Below, piece after piece: positions 12,159-24,040 of a DNA stretch of 40,267 nucleotides (the first letter of the stretch is position 1; each line of letters begins with the position of its first letter). This stretch comes from Octopus bimaculoides (Eukaryota). The position numbers and the translations under genes were made by a program. The stretch lies in the NCBI RefSeq assembly GCF_001194135.2, contig NC_068982.1, forward strand, positions 79,636,453-79,676,719, in the 5' to 3' direction. Below the pieces are notes generated by a model. The model did not search any database, was not told the origin of the DNA, and was given only the letters and a program-made list of their open reading frames with translations.

Positions 12159-12376
12159 ACAAGCTGGCAGAATTGTTAACGCGTCAGACAAAAATGCTTA
12201 GCGGCATTTCGTCCGTCTTTACGTTCTGAGTTCAAATTCCGCCAAGGTCAACTTTGACTTTCACCCATTTGGATTTGATAAAATGCGTATCAGTTGAACA
12301 TTGAGGTCGTTGCAGTCGACTTGCCCCACCCCCAAAATTTAAGGCCAAAATTGTGCCTGTAATAGAAATAATTATT
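12159..12376 (+). mobile_element. tRNA-derived SINE, family B
   Basis: agctggcagaattgttaac...ttctgagttcaaattccgcc (B-box GTTCAAATTC)...ggtcaactttgactttcacccattt...aaggcc...tgtgcc. Confidence 0.85.
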
Positions 12377-12389
12377 GTTTGCTATTAAA

Positions 12390-12590
12390 GCAGAGTGCTG
12401 GCAGAATCGTTAGCGCCTGACAAAATTCTTGTCGACATTCCTTCCTGTTCTTAACATTCTGAGTTCAAATCTTGCTGAGGTCAACTTTTCCTTTCATCCT
12501 TTCGGGTTTTGAGCAATGGGATCGATGTAACCAATTTTCCCCTCCTCTCAAAACTTTGCTGGCTTTGTACCAAAATTTGAGTTTTTATTA
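12390..12590 (+). mobile_element. tRNA-derived SINE, family B (tandem neighbour)
   Basis: gctggcagaatcgttagcgc...ttctgagttcaaatcttgctgaggtcaacttttcctttcatcctttcggg. Confidence 0.8.
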
Positions 12591-13074
12591 TCACTGGTAG
12601 TAGTGACAATAGTAGTAGTAGTTATAGTTGTAGCAGCAGTAATTATATGATGATAAGTGCCATAAATCACACAGTATATATGTAAACAAAATAAGCTGAG
12701 AAGAAAATCAATAAAATGAACTTGTGAAACAGACGGGAGGCAATGTATTTAAGAGATAGAGGGGGGAGAGAGAGCTGGGGGAGGGAAAGCGAGTGAAAGA
12801 GTGGAAAAGAGAGAGAGGGGAACAAAGAGGCAGGGACGACAGAGCTTGTGGTGGTGGTAGGGGGGAGGGAGAACGGCAGCACTGGAAGGCGGCACGTATC
12901 TCGAACTTGTCTCACGTACTGCTTAATTATATTGCAATCATAATAGGTCTTGGAGCCTTTCGGTTATTATGGAAGACCACACGTGACATAATGTCTCCTT
13001 TTGAAGCCATCTTACAGCAGGAAAGGAGTTTGCTGAAGAGCCGTGCTCATTATTCTTAGGGGAGGAGAAGGTGG

Positions 13075-14020
13075 GGAAGTACTAATAATAATAATAAGAA
13101 GAAGAACAACAACAATAATGATAATAATAATAGTAGTAGTAGTAGTAGTAGTGGAAGAGACGGTTGGAGTGGTACTGGTGGGAGTGGTGGTGGCAATGGT
13201 GGTTACGGTAATCTCGTCTACTTCGGTTGGAGTAGGTGCATGCTGGGAATGTTTCTGCAGCATTAGTCCTTGATGGTGATGGTGGTGGTGGTGGTGGTGG
13301 TGGTGATGATGTTGATAATGATTGTGATCATTATGGGGCGGGGTGATGATAACGATGGTAATAATGGTAGCAATAATGCTGATGAAGATGGTAGTAGTGG
13401 TGGTGAGGGAGACGCTGATTAGTGGTTGTAATGGTTGGGGTGGTGTTGATCGTTGTAGGTCAGTTTAATGGCAATGGTTGTGGTGGTGATGGGGGAGGGT
13501 GGTGGTAGTTGTGGTGGTGGTCATGGTTGGTGCGACCGTGGTGATGGTGGTGATGGTGGTGATGGTGGTGGGGATCATTGTGGAAGTAGGAGGAATATAA
13601 TGGAATTGGCTACTGTGGTGTTAATGGTAATGGTAGTTGTGGTAGTAGTGGTGGTGGTGATGGCGGCTGTGGTGGTGATAGTGATGGTGCTGATGGTGAA
13701 GTTGACGAGATTGGTGATGTGGTGGTGGTAATAATAGTAGTAGTAATAGTGGTTGCGGTGGTGATGGTAGTAGCAATTAAGGTGGTAGTGGTGGTGATAG
13801 TAGTAGTAGTAGTACTAGTAGTAGTAGTAGTAGTAGTAGTTGTTGTTGTTGTTGTAGTAGTAGTAGTAGTAGTAGTAGCGATGGTGAGGTGGTGGTGGTG
13901 GTGGTGGTGGTGATATTCATGGTGGTAGTAATTATGATTGTAATGATGGGGGTGCTGCTACCGGTGGTGGCGGTTATAGTGGTGAACATGGCGGAGGTAG
14001 CTGTAGTTTATGTGATAGTA
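13075..14020. repeat. Degenerate trinucleotide mosaic (GGT/AGT/GAT/AAT)n
   Basis: Direct inspection; source of the poly-V/T/W ORFs. Confidence 0.9.
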
Positions 14021-14629
14021 ATGTTAGTGGTATAATGACAGCCATAACAGTGTGCAGCGGTGCTGAGATCGTCATCACGTAGTTCGTCTGGTCATAGATG
14101 TAAATGTAAATTCTTTTGTATATTCGCTTATATATTTACTTATTTTGGTCTGACACTTAGTTTATCGATCTATATTTTATCGATTACTTTAGTTAACATT
14201 CTGACGCAACGCCGGTTTTTTTGTAAATATGTAAATACTAACACACACACACACACATGCACACACACGCACGACTACATGAAATTAAAATGATTCGTTA
14301 TAGATGGCCATATGTTGCATTCTGAACGAGTTTTTCACGCTCGTACTAAGCGAAACATATGACAACCTGTCAAGAATTATTTTAATTTAATCCTATATAT
14401 AGTGTTATTCATAACATTTAACCCAGTATTGAGGTTTTTAATTCAAACTCGCTTGCAGTGCATAACTAGTTTTTCAGGTATGCATGCGTGTATATGTGTA
14501 TATATATACATATACGTATGCATACATACATATATATATATGTATGTGAGTGTGTGCGATGTATATATATATGTGTGTGTGTAGGACATTGTACAAGTGC
14601 GTGTATGTGTGTGCGTGCGTGTGAGTGTA

Positions 14630-14725
14630 GGGAGAAGCGTGACATAGCAGTTAGTGTGTTGCGTTCCCAATCATAAGATCACAGGTTCTATTCTTGAACT
14701 GGGCGGTGTGTTGTCTTCGAACTTG
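14630..14725 (+). mobile_element. tRNA-like SINE head, family C fragment
   Basis: ggagaagcgtgacatagcagttagtg (A-box-like)...caatcataagatcacaggttctattc (B-box-like)...gggcggtgtgttg. Confidence 0.5.
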
Positions 14726-15476
14726 CCACAAGTTTTTACAAATATTATAATAATTTAACACTTAAAAGTGAAGAGGAAAAACCGGGAACGTTGTGGCAGG
14801 GAAGACAATGAAGAAAAAGTGAGAGGGTCGAGATCCAGGAAGGAAAATGGTTCTATGGGAATATATACATGTGTAATGTGTACAGAGGGAGTTATACACA
14901 CACACAAACACACACATATATGGGCATGCATGCATACATTCATACGTTCATACATACATACATAGTCATTAGGGAGTACGATCTGAAGAATCCTGGTATA
15001 GAAGTTAATAAGCTTCAGTCGTATGTACACAGTTAATATGGGTGACAAAAGGTGAACAGTATACGATAAAGAGAGTTTAATAACTTTCGTCTGTCATACA
15101 GTTCGTCCTATATTGAAATCAATGGAAATTTCGATAAGCTATCAGTCACAATACAACTCACGGTTAAGCAACTAAGACTGCTAAATATGCGAATAAGGAT
15201 CCAATAATAGAAAAGGTATTAGAATATAAAAGAATAGAAAACGAATAGAAAAGGTATTAAAGACTACGTATGTTTCAAGATAATCATTGTTTGTTGCGTA
15301 ACTTGTAACACAAAACTTGTTTGGCTAATATCCAAGTCAGATTACCTTCCACCTGAGAATTAGCTAAACAGGATTTGTATGTCACAAGTAATGTACGAAA
15401 CATATCTAGTCTTATTGTACCTTTTCCATTCCTTACATACTTGGATATAGATATATATACACACAATGTATGTATG

Positions 15477-15511
<35 letters not shown>

Positions 15512-15744
15512 ATAACAGGCTTCTCTATAGTTTTCGTCTTCCAANNNNNNNNNNNNNNNNNNNNNNNNNNNNNNNNNNNNNNNNNNNNNNNNNNNNNNNN
15601 NNNNNNNNNNNNNNNNNNNNNNNNNNNNNNNNNNNNNNNNNNNNNNNNNTGTGGCTAATTAATACATCTGAATTGCATACTAATGAGATAGAAATTCTCT
15701 CATTTACTGTGGATCAAAGAGAAGCAATTAACTGGTGAATCGTG

Positions 15745-15748
15745 TATG

Positions 15749-15783
<35 letters not shown>

Positions 15784-15830
15784 ATAACAGGCTTCTCTAT
15801 AGTTTTCGTCTTCCAAACTCACGACCCGAG
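15745..15830 (-). mobile_element. SINE family A central fragment (duplicated at 15470-15544 across the gap)
   Basis: The minus strand reads ttggaagacgaaaactatagagaagcctgttatacacac..., the segment that leads into the internal microsatellite of this family as I recall it. Confidence 0.5.
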
Positions 15831-15973
15831 TTTGTGATACGTGACACCTGTCCATGTAACAATATATAATCCGGATCCGTAAACAATTTCTGAACCTTAG
15901 ACCCATGTCTGGTGTTTCTGGAATTCCTGCTGGTAGTAGCTAGTATTGGTACTTTCCGGTATTATGTGATACC

Positions 15974-15974
15974 T

Positions 15975-16029
<55 letters not shown>

Positions 16030-16223
16030 CGGTAGTGTTGTTGTTGTTGGTGGTCGTTGTGATGATGGTGATGGTGTTAGTGATGTTGGTCGAGATAATA
16101 ACAAACATGGAAAAGAGAAGCTAAATGCCTAGTGTGTTTAGTGCTGATGTAGAGTAAAGCAACAAAAGTAAAATGGTGAGGAGATATGCTGAAAGATATG
16201 CCAATATGCATATATGTATGTCT

Positions 16224-16285
<62 letters not shown>

Positions 16286-16385
16286 ATACACACATATATA
16301 AGGAATCATGCAGCACAAATTGATATATATATATATATATATGTATATATATGTATATATATATGTATATATATATATATATATG

Positions 16386-16417
<32 letters not shown>

Positions 16418-16490
16418 GAAAATAAATATCTATGTATGCATGTATGCATGTATGTGCATTTCTATTTATGTATTTATGTGTATATGTGTG
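15974..16490. repeat. (GTA)n, (GTT/GAT), (CA)n and (TA)n microsatellites
   Basis: Direct inspection. Confidence 0.9.
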
Positions 16491-16499
16491 TATTTGTGA

Positions 16500-17710
16500 A
16501 AGGGGAAAAGTAATAGAGAAAATCTTGCAGACAAATGGAGTGGGAGAAAGAAAATAGAGAGAAAAGAGAGAGGGAATAGTTGAGGAAAGAGTGAAACTGT
16601 TGTGAGGAGAAAGAGAGGGGAAAGGGGACACAGAGATAGGGGCGTGAAAGGAGACTGTATCGCGAGATAAGAAAGATAAAGAGGAAGGGTTAAAATGATA
16701 GAAATTGGGAGAAGGTTAGTGTAAGGGGCGGGGAGAAAAATAACGGAGTGGTGAATAAAAGTGAGATCTAGCGGAAGAAAGAGGGGCGGAAGAATTTAGA
16801 AAGAGACAGAGGAAGAAAGTAAGAATGGTAAGTTAGCGAAGGAAAACGGGAAAATAAGATGAAAATGATGAAAGAGATGATGCAAGAATGGCGAAAGAAA
16901 AGAGAATAAACAAATGAATGAATGAATGAATAAATGAACGAATGAATAAGTAAATAAATAAATAAATAAATAAATAAATGAGAAAGGAAAGAAAGACAGA
17001 ATAATAGAAAGGGATCGGTGAAATTGTAATGGCGTATCATGGAAGAGATTAATAAATGGAAATACAGAGAAATATAGAGACCGGTAAGGACGTGAAAAGG
17101 TGTAAGAAAGAGAAGCTAGAGAAAGAGACGGAAGTACAAAGAGAAGTTGATGAAAAAGAAGTTAAGAAAAAGTGAATGAGGGAAAAGGGAAAATAGAGAG
17201 GAGAAGGAAAACGAAGGGTGAAGACGAATGTGTTTGATTAAACACTAGATACGGAGAGAAAATGGAACAGAGAGAACGTGGTTGAATAAAAAAAGAAAAA
17301 AAGTAAAATATGATCAATAGATAGGGACGGATAGGATGTGAGAGATACTAATGATCGAAAAGGCGAGAGAAAGGGAAAAAGAAACGACGAAATAATAAAA
17401 TGTACTGTGAAAGAAAGGGAGTGGGGGAATTGTAGAAATAGCAGACGATCAAAAATGGCGGAGATTGAGAGAGTGAAATGAATGATACAAAGGTTTAGTA
17501 TGGAAGACAAAAGAATAGAGAAAGAGAGAGAGAATGAGAGAGGAGCATTTATGTTCAGAGAGAAAGACAGAAAGAGAAAGAGAGAAAAGTAGAGAGACGA
17601 AGTGAGAAAAAGAAAGAGAGTGAGAAAGACAATGAGAAAGAGGAGAGAGAGGGAGAGATAATGGATGGTAGAGATATTTAATATGGAAGTTAGAGTGAGA
17701 AACAGAAAGA
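16500..17710 (+). repeat. 1.2-kb purine-rich (GA/GAA/AAT) low-complexity tract
   Basis: The plus strand is overwhelmingly A/G, with (AATG)n and (AAAT)n at 16910-16980. Confidence 0.85.
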
Positions 17711-17799
17711 ATTATTGATGAAATTGTACGGAAATTAAGATAAAGTGAGGTAGAATACTAGAGAAAGGATGCACGGAAGAGGAATACAGAAAAGAAGAC

Positions 17800-17919
17800 A
17801 TATATATATATATATACATACACACATACATACACATATATACATAAATATATACATACAGACTTACATAAATATATGTATATGTGTATATATATACACA
17901 CATGCATACAGACATACAT

Positions 17920-17956
<37 letters not shown>

Positions 17957-18086
17957 AGGGTGGAGAAGGAGAGACAGGGAGACAGAGAGAGATGCAGCAG
18001 ACAATCGATAATGGCGAGGCAGACGAAAGTAAAGCATGTGTGTATGTGTGTGTATCTATATATGTATATGTGTGTGTGCCCACATA

Positions 18087-18135
<49 letters not shown>

Positions 18136-18749
18136 GTATATACATATATGTATGTATATATGCATATATGTATTATTTATGTTATATATATATTCACATA
18201 TATATACATCTACATATATACACATATATATACATATACATACATGTATACATATGCACACATATATAGGCGCATACGTGCACACACACACATGTATGTA
18301 TGTATGTATGCATGTATGTATGTATGCATATAAGCTATATGTATATGTATTTGGAATGGAAAAGTAAAAGAGTTCATCGAATGCAACGAAATGAAGAATG
18401 GAAGGAAGCAAACGCAGAGAAGCAACCAAACAGACGCTATATTCCAATATGGTGGAATGGAGGTGACTGGACAATTTCCTTTCCCTTTACTTCACAGGCG
18501 TTAGCTGCAATACCTTGAAAGGTTATTTCAATTAGTCATAATTGACGGAAGATTTTTACTTTATTTTCTTTTCGCTTATTCGTATTTTTTTTTTTTTAGT
18601 TTTCTGAGCGGAATATCTTCATTTTTTTTTTGTTACGTTGTTCTCATAGTTGTTGTTGTTGTACTGCTCTTTTATATTGTTTTGTTGCTCCCTTTCTTTT
18701 TTAATGTTTACCTTGCTGTCTTGTTTTTATTTTTTATTCTTTATATTAC

Positions 18750-18785
<36 letters not shown>

Positions 18786-19560
18786 NNNNNNNNNNNNNNN
18801 NNNNNNNNNNNNNNNNNNNNNNNNNNNNNNNNNNNNNNNNNNNNNNNNNNNNNNNNNNNNNNNNNNNNNNNNNNNNNNNNNNNNNNNNNNNNNNNNNNNN
18901 NNNNNNNNNNNNNNNNNNNNNNNNNNNNNNNNNNNNNNNNNNNNNNNNNNNNNNNNNNNNNNNNNNNNNNNNNNNNNNNNNNNNNNNNNNNNNNNNNNNN
19001 NNNNNNNNNNNNNNNNNNNNNTATATATAGGCGTGCGCGTGTGTATATGTTCCTATGATTCTATTATATGCGCAAATATGTGCTCATATACCGTACGTAT
19101 ATAGTGCGTGACAAGTGTGGAGCTGTGTACAATTATATTCACTCCCAAATGATGGTGTGTATGTGTGTGTACAGATATGTGCAAAGGTCATTTATTAAAA
19201 GAATCGGCCATACGCACATACACAGACGCATACACACACACACACACACACGCACACACACACACCTACGAATACAGAAACATAGACACAATCATGCATA
19301 CACAATACATACACACACACATATATATATATATACACACACATATATATGCATAAACATATATACATATACATATGCATACATATACATGCATTACATA
19401 TATATGAATGTATAAAATGCTTGTAAATATATGTGTATTTATATATATATAAATATATACGTATATATGTGTGTGTATGTCTGTGTTCATGTACGTGTGT
19501 ACATATATATATACATATTCATATATATATGCACACATATATATGCATATATATATACAT
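17800..19560. repeat. (TA)/(TG)/(CA) and (ATT)n microsatellite fields containing the 18786-19021 gap
   Basis: Direct inspection. Confidence 0.85.
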
Positions 19561-19789
19561 CCGTAAGTGTAGTATAAAATGAAATTGTGAAAACCAGAGA
19601 CAGTAAAGAATAATAAAAAATCTAAACGATAAAAGCAAAGTTTTGAAATTGTTAATGAAATGATGAAAGAGTGTCTCAAAATAGGATTTTGAGAAAATTT
19701 GGAATGTCTATTGAATGGAACTTTTGGTGGAATGGTAGATGGAGGTGATGGGTGGGGGAAGAAGAAGAAGGTTCGGAGGTGAGGAAATT

Positions 19790-20316
19790 GTGTCTTTGTC
19801 ATCATCGTCATCACAATCACTACAATCATTAACCATCATTAACCATCGCTAGCCATTGTACGTAATTCATAATTCGCACCATGGTTTCTAGTCGTCGTCA
19901 TTTTCGTCATCATCGTTATGGTGCAAATATTTCGAGCAAGCGTCACTCCTTCAACTCACCCTAACACTTAATGCAACCATTCACCGCCACCACCACCACC
20001 ACCACCACCACAACCACCGCCCTCGTATCAATACCACTACCATCACTACTTCCATAACCAACACTACCACCTCTCCCACCACAACTATCCCCATACTACC
20101 ACCTCTCCTACCATCACAACTCGCTCTACCACCGCTACCACTGCAACCCCCACCACCGTAATCACCACTATCACCACTACCACCACTACTCCGACCACCA
20201 CCGCTACCACCGCAACCACCACAACCGCAACAACCATCACTACCACAACCGTTACGATCACCATCATCACATCATCATCATCACATCATCATCATCATCA
20301 TCATCACCATCACCAT

Positions 20317-20358
<42 letters not shown>

Positions 20359-20915
20359 CCTCCTCCCTTTCATCATCGTNNNNNNNNNNNNNNNNNNNNN
20401 NNNNNNNNNNNNNNNNNNNNNNNNNNNNNNNNNNNNNNNNNNNNNNNNNNNNNNNNNNNNNNNNNNNNNNNNNNNNNNNNNNNNNNNNNNNNNNNNNNNN
20501 NNNNNNNNNNNNNNNNNNNNNNNNNNNNNNNNNNNNNNNNNNNNNNNNNNNNTCATCATCAACACCACGTTTAGCCATCAATACCATCACCACCATCTCC
20601 CACACCAGCACCACGACCATTATCGCTACTATTATTTCCACCATTCTGACAATAGTAACTGCTCGTATTATCATGATGAGAATCAATTTACCTCTGTATC
20701 ATTATAACCACTACTAGTGCTACCACCAACACTTCCGTCTTTACTAACCTATCAATACTAGTCTTATCATCATCACATGAACAACCATCAACACAAGTAC
20801 CACCACTACGACCTGTGCCAAACCATCGATACCAGACCTGCCACCATCAGTACTTCGGACCAATGAAAATACAACCTCTATGTGATCATTGAATTTGTTA
20901 CAAATAGCAGTCAAA

Positions 20916-20971
<56 letters not shown>

Positions 20972-21480
20972 GCTTTCTCTCTCTCTGTCTCTCGCTTTCT
21001 CTCGCTTTCTCTCTCTCGCTTTCTCTCTCTCTCTCTAACTCTCTCTCTCTAACTCTCACTTTCTCCCTCTTCTTTCTCTCTCTTTCTCTCTTTCTCTCTA
21101 TCTATCTGTCATCTATCTGTCTTTACCATTTATATAAAAACGGAAAACTTACTGGATAGTGTATTCTGTTCTTCGTGACCTCCAAGCTAAACAGACGGGA
21201 TGGTCACAATCAGAAAGTCTTTGATCATAGGTCTGCTCGACCATTGATGAAATGGTAGGTGACAAGCAACAACAACGATTCTATGATACGATCATTTACG
21301 AAGTCAATGGTTAGTACATCATTATCGTCACTTATCATCGTCGTCCTTGTCGTTTGCATTGTCGTCGTCGTCGTCACCATCTTCATCATCATCGTCTTCG
21401 TCGTCGTCGTCATTCTCATTATCGTGGTCGCCGTTATCCACCTCATCATCATCATCATCATCATCATCCAGTCCATCATT
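19790..21480. repeat. Degenerate (CAC/CAT/CGT)n mosaics and (CT)n at 20917-21120, with gap 20380-20552
   Basis: Direct inspection. Confidence 0.85.
21150..21280 (+). repeat. Interspersed repeat family D fragment
   Basis: ggatggtcac...tttgatcataggtctgctcga; homologous to ggatggtcag...tttgatcatgagtttgatcga at 31660-31785, and possibly to 23230-23365. Confidence 0.55.
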
Positions 21481-21945
21481 TTCATAGAAGTCAATTTGTT
21501 CGACAAAATACCTTGAAGCCTGTATACCAGCCTGGACTGATAAACAAGTTAAAAAGAAACAGAAAATGTATAAAAAATTAGAATAAAATATGTACATAAT
21601 TAATATAAGAGTAAAATAATGAATAACTCCCATTCATATAGTTTCGTTCAAAATGTTTGGCGTTTGGCGGTAGATTCGGTCAATGGTCAGACAAGATATA
21701 TTTAGCTGGCACCCTTCAGGTTGTGTATTAGAATCGCGTAGTAGTCAAATTTTATCTTCACCATTTCGAGAAATGCAGTTGATGTAACTCACTCTATTAT
21801 TTACTAACAAAATGTGGGGGGGGGGGAAAGAAAGAGAGAGAGAGAGAGANNNNNNNNNNNNNNNNNNNNNNNNNNNNNNNNNNNNNNNNNNNNNNNNNNN
21901 NNNNNNNNNNNNNNNNNNNNNNNNNNNNNNNNNNNNNNNNNNNNN

Positions 21946-21997
<52 letters not shown>

Positions 21998-22039
21998 TAT
22001 GTCAGAACTAATAACTGGGACTGTCTTTATTAAATGGAA

Positions 22040-22635
22040 ATGAATTGTAGAATCGGTGGAGCATCGAACAAAACTCGAAGTTGAGTTACATCCCTGTACA
22101 CTTTTTGTTGAAAATCACCCATGGCAAGATCCCAGACACACTGATCATCTCTCGAACAGACCTCTCAAACATGTACACACTGCTGAGGAGATCCCAACCG
22201 GGTGGGTAGGCCACCTTGTTCGAACGCCTGACACGCAACTCGCCAGAAGTCTGTTATACAACGAACTGGCAAAACGCAAACGCATGCACAGTGGGCAAGA
22301 AAGCGCTTGATGGATACATTCACAGCCTCACTGAAGAGCTTTGAAGTAAATCCCGTCACCGGGAAATGAAAGCATTACTTGGTGAAGCTGCACCAACAGA
22401 AGTGCCACCTCCTATGAACAGAACATGATTGCAGAGGCACAAAAAGAAAAAAAAAGCGCGTACTTCGCAAGACCAGATCCAATTCCTTGCTTTCAGTCCC
22501 AGCAGACCATCAGTGCCCGATCTGTAGCAAAGCCCTCTGAGCACGCATCGGACTGATCGGCCACTGCCGAATACACCGTGACCCACCTTCTCGTACGTGA
22601 TGTCTTTGGTCATCGTCAATAACGACGGACGAACT
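22040..22635 (+). mobile_element. 5'-truncated RTE-clade (BovB-like) LINE, pseudogenised ORF C-terminus plus short 3' end
   Basis: Frameshifted pieces read KITHGKIPDTLIISRTDLSNMYTLLRRSQ / GWVGHLVRTPDTQLARSLLYNELAKRKRMHSGQ / RKRLMDTFTASLKSFEVNP / HQCPICSKAL*ARIGLIGHCRIH (C2H2-like). They match the RTE pattern RWxGHxxRMxxxRxPKxLLYGEL..GxR..G.Q.KR.KD.LK.SL. The 3' end is ggtcatcgtcaataacgacggacgaac. Confidence 0.9.
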
Positions 22636-22850
22636 AATGTAATGCCTAATGTTGATTTTGTTGTCGCCAATGTTCTTAATGATGTTGATATTGATGTTGG
22701 TGATGTGGTTGCTGCTGTTGATGTTGACGTTGTTGATCTTGTTGTTATTGATATTGATGTTGTTATTGATGTTGCTGATGCTGATGTAGATGATGGTGTT
22801 ATTCTTGACGTTGTGGAACTTGTGGTTGTTGTTGATATTGTTTTTTTCTT
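22636..22850. repeat. Degenerate (GTT/GAT)n tract
   Basis: Direct inspection. Confidence 0.9.
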
Positions 22851-22852
22851 GT

Positions 22853-22960
22853 GATGAACTGACAGACACTTTAACACGCCTGATAAAAACATTACCTTAC
22901 GGTATTTTTTCCGGCTGTCGGTGTTCTGAGTTCACATCTCGCCGAAGCCAAATTTCTTCG
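22853..22960 (+). mobile_element. SINE family B 5' fragment
   Basis: gatgaactgacagacactttaacacgcctgataaaa...gttctgagttcacatctcgccgaag. Confidence 0.6.
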
Positions 22961-23484
22961 GAGTCTACCACCCAACTTTCTACCCCCCCCTCTCTCTCTG
23001 TAAATTAGGCGCTCATATTGTGACTGACCAATCCTTTCACTACTGCTCCAAAAACGTGTCAAGAAAGAAAAAAAGAAAGAAAGAGGAAGAAAGAGAAAGA
23101 AAGAAGGAAAGCGTTACTCGTTAGTATCTTAGTTCAGGTGCTAATATTAGTCTGAAGGTCACTTCAATCGATATACCCCGACAAATTTAACCTTACAGGG
23201 TGGTTTTAACCCGAAATATATTGAAAGGTGGAGCCTCTACGGCTGCAAGAAGTAGCAGCTAAATCTGCTCCATAACCACCACTTACTATAGACAACAACT
23301 TCTCTTAATACAGAGAACAGCTTATGACTGGATCAAGTTCGACCACGGCTGACCTTGGCTTAGAAAAATAAATAGAATAAATCAAAATAGAATAGCATAA
23401 AATAACACAGAAAAAGTTATGACTCCATTCTGTTTATGTGTTAAAACTAAACAACAATGATCTCTCTCTTCCTCTCTCTCTCTT

Positions 23485-23531
<47 letters not shown>

Positions 23532-23541
23532 NNNNNNNNNN

Positions 23542-23591
<50 letters not shown>

Positions 23592-23689
23592 TTCCCTATC
23601 TATCTATCTATTAATAAATATATATTTAATATTTCTTTCTTTGAAATGGACTTAGAAGCACAGAAAGCTATAGATAATAGCATGTAAAA

Positions 23690-23851
23690 TATTGGATTAG
23701 GTAACCCTTTGAATAGCAATTTTGAGGGGAGCCAACTCTTAACTGGCACTTTATTTTATTAACCAAGAATTTTAACGCAGAACAAAAAGAGGGAAGAAAT
23801 GATGCTAAGCATTTTGTCCGGCGTATTAACGATTCTGCTCGATCCCCGCCT
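23690..23851 (-). mobile_element. SINE family B, internally deleted copy
   Basis: The minus strand starts aggcggggatcgagcagaatcgttaatacgccggacaaaatgcttagc. Confidence 0.65.
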
Positions 23852-24040
23852 TAATAATAACAATGGTCTTTAATTTTGGTACTGGGCCAGCAGTTTTGAG
23901 GGGAAGGAAATTCAATTGCGTCGACCCCAGTACTTTACTCGTATTTATTTGATCGACCCCGAAAGAGTTCAACGGCAAAGATGACCTCGGCCGAATTTGA
24001 ACTCAAAACGTGAAGATGAATGAAATGCCACTTAGCATTT
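23852..24040 (-). mobile_element. SINE family B copy
   Basis: The plus strand has tcgaccccagtac...gatcgaccccgaaagag...ggcaaagatgacctcggccgaatttgaactcaaaacgt, the reverse complement of the family B body. Confidence 0.8.

Noticed and set aside
9484-12590. tRNA genes or a CRISPR-like array suggested by A/B boxes and repeated ~200-bp units
   Set aside because: The units are dispersed, diverged SINE copies with no cloverleaf, and there is no repeat-spacer regularity or cas gene.
13270-13700. GGT-rich runs with G-quadruplex potential
   Set aside because: A generic property of (GGT)n microsatellites; only two-tier, with nothing locus-specific.
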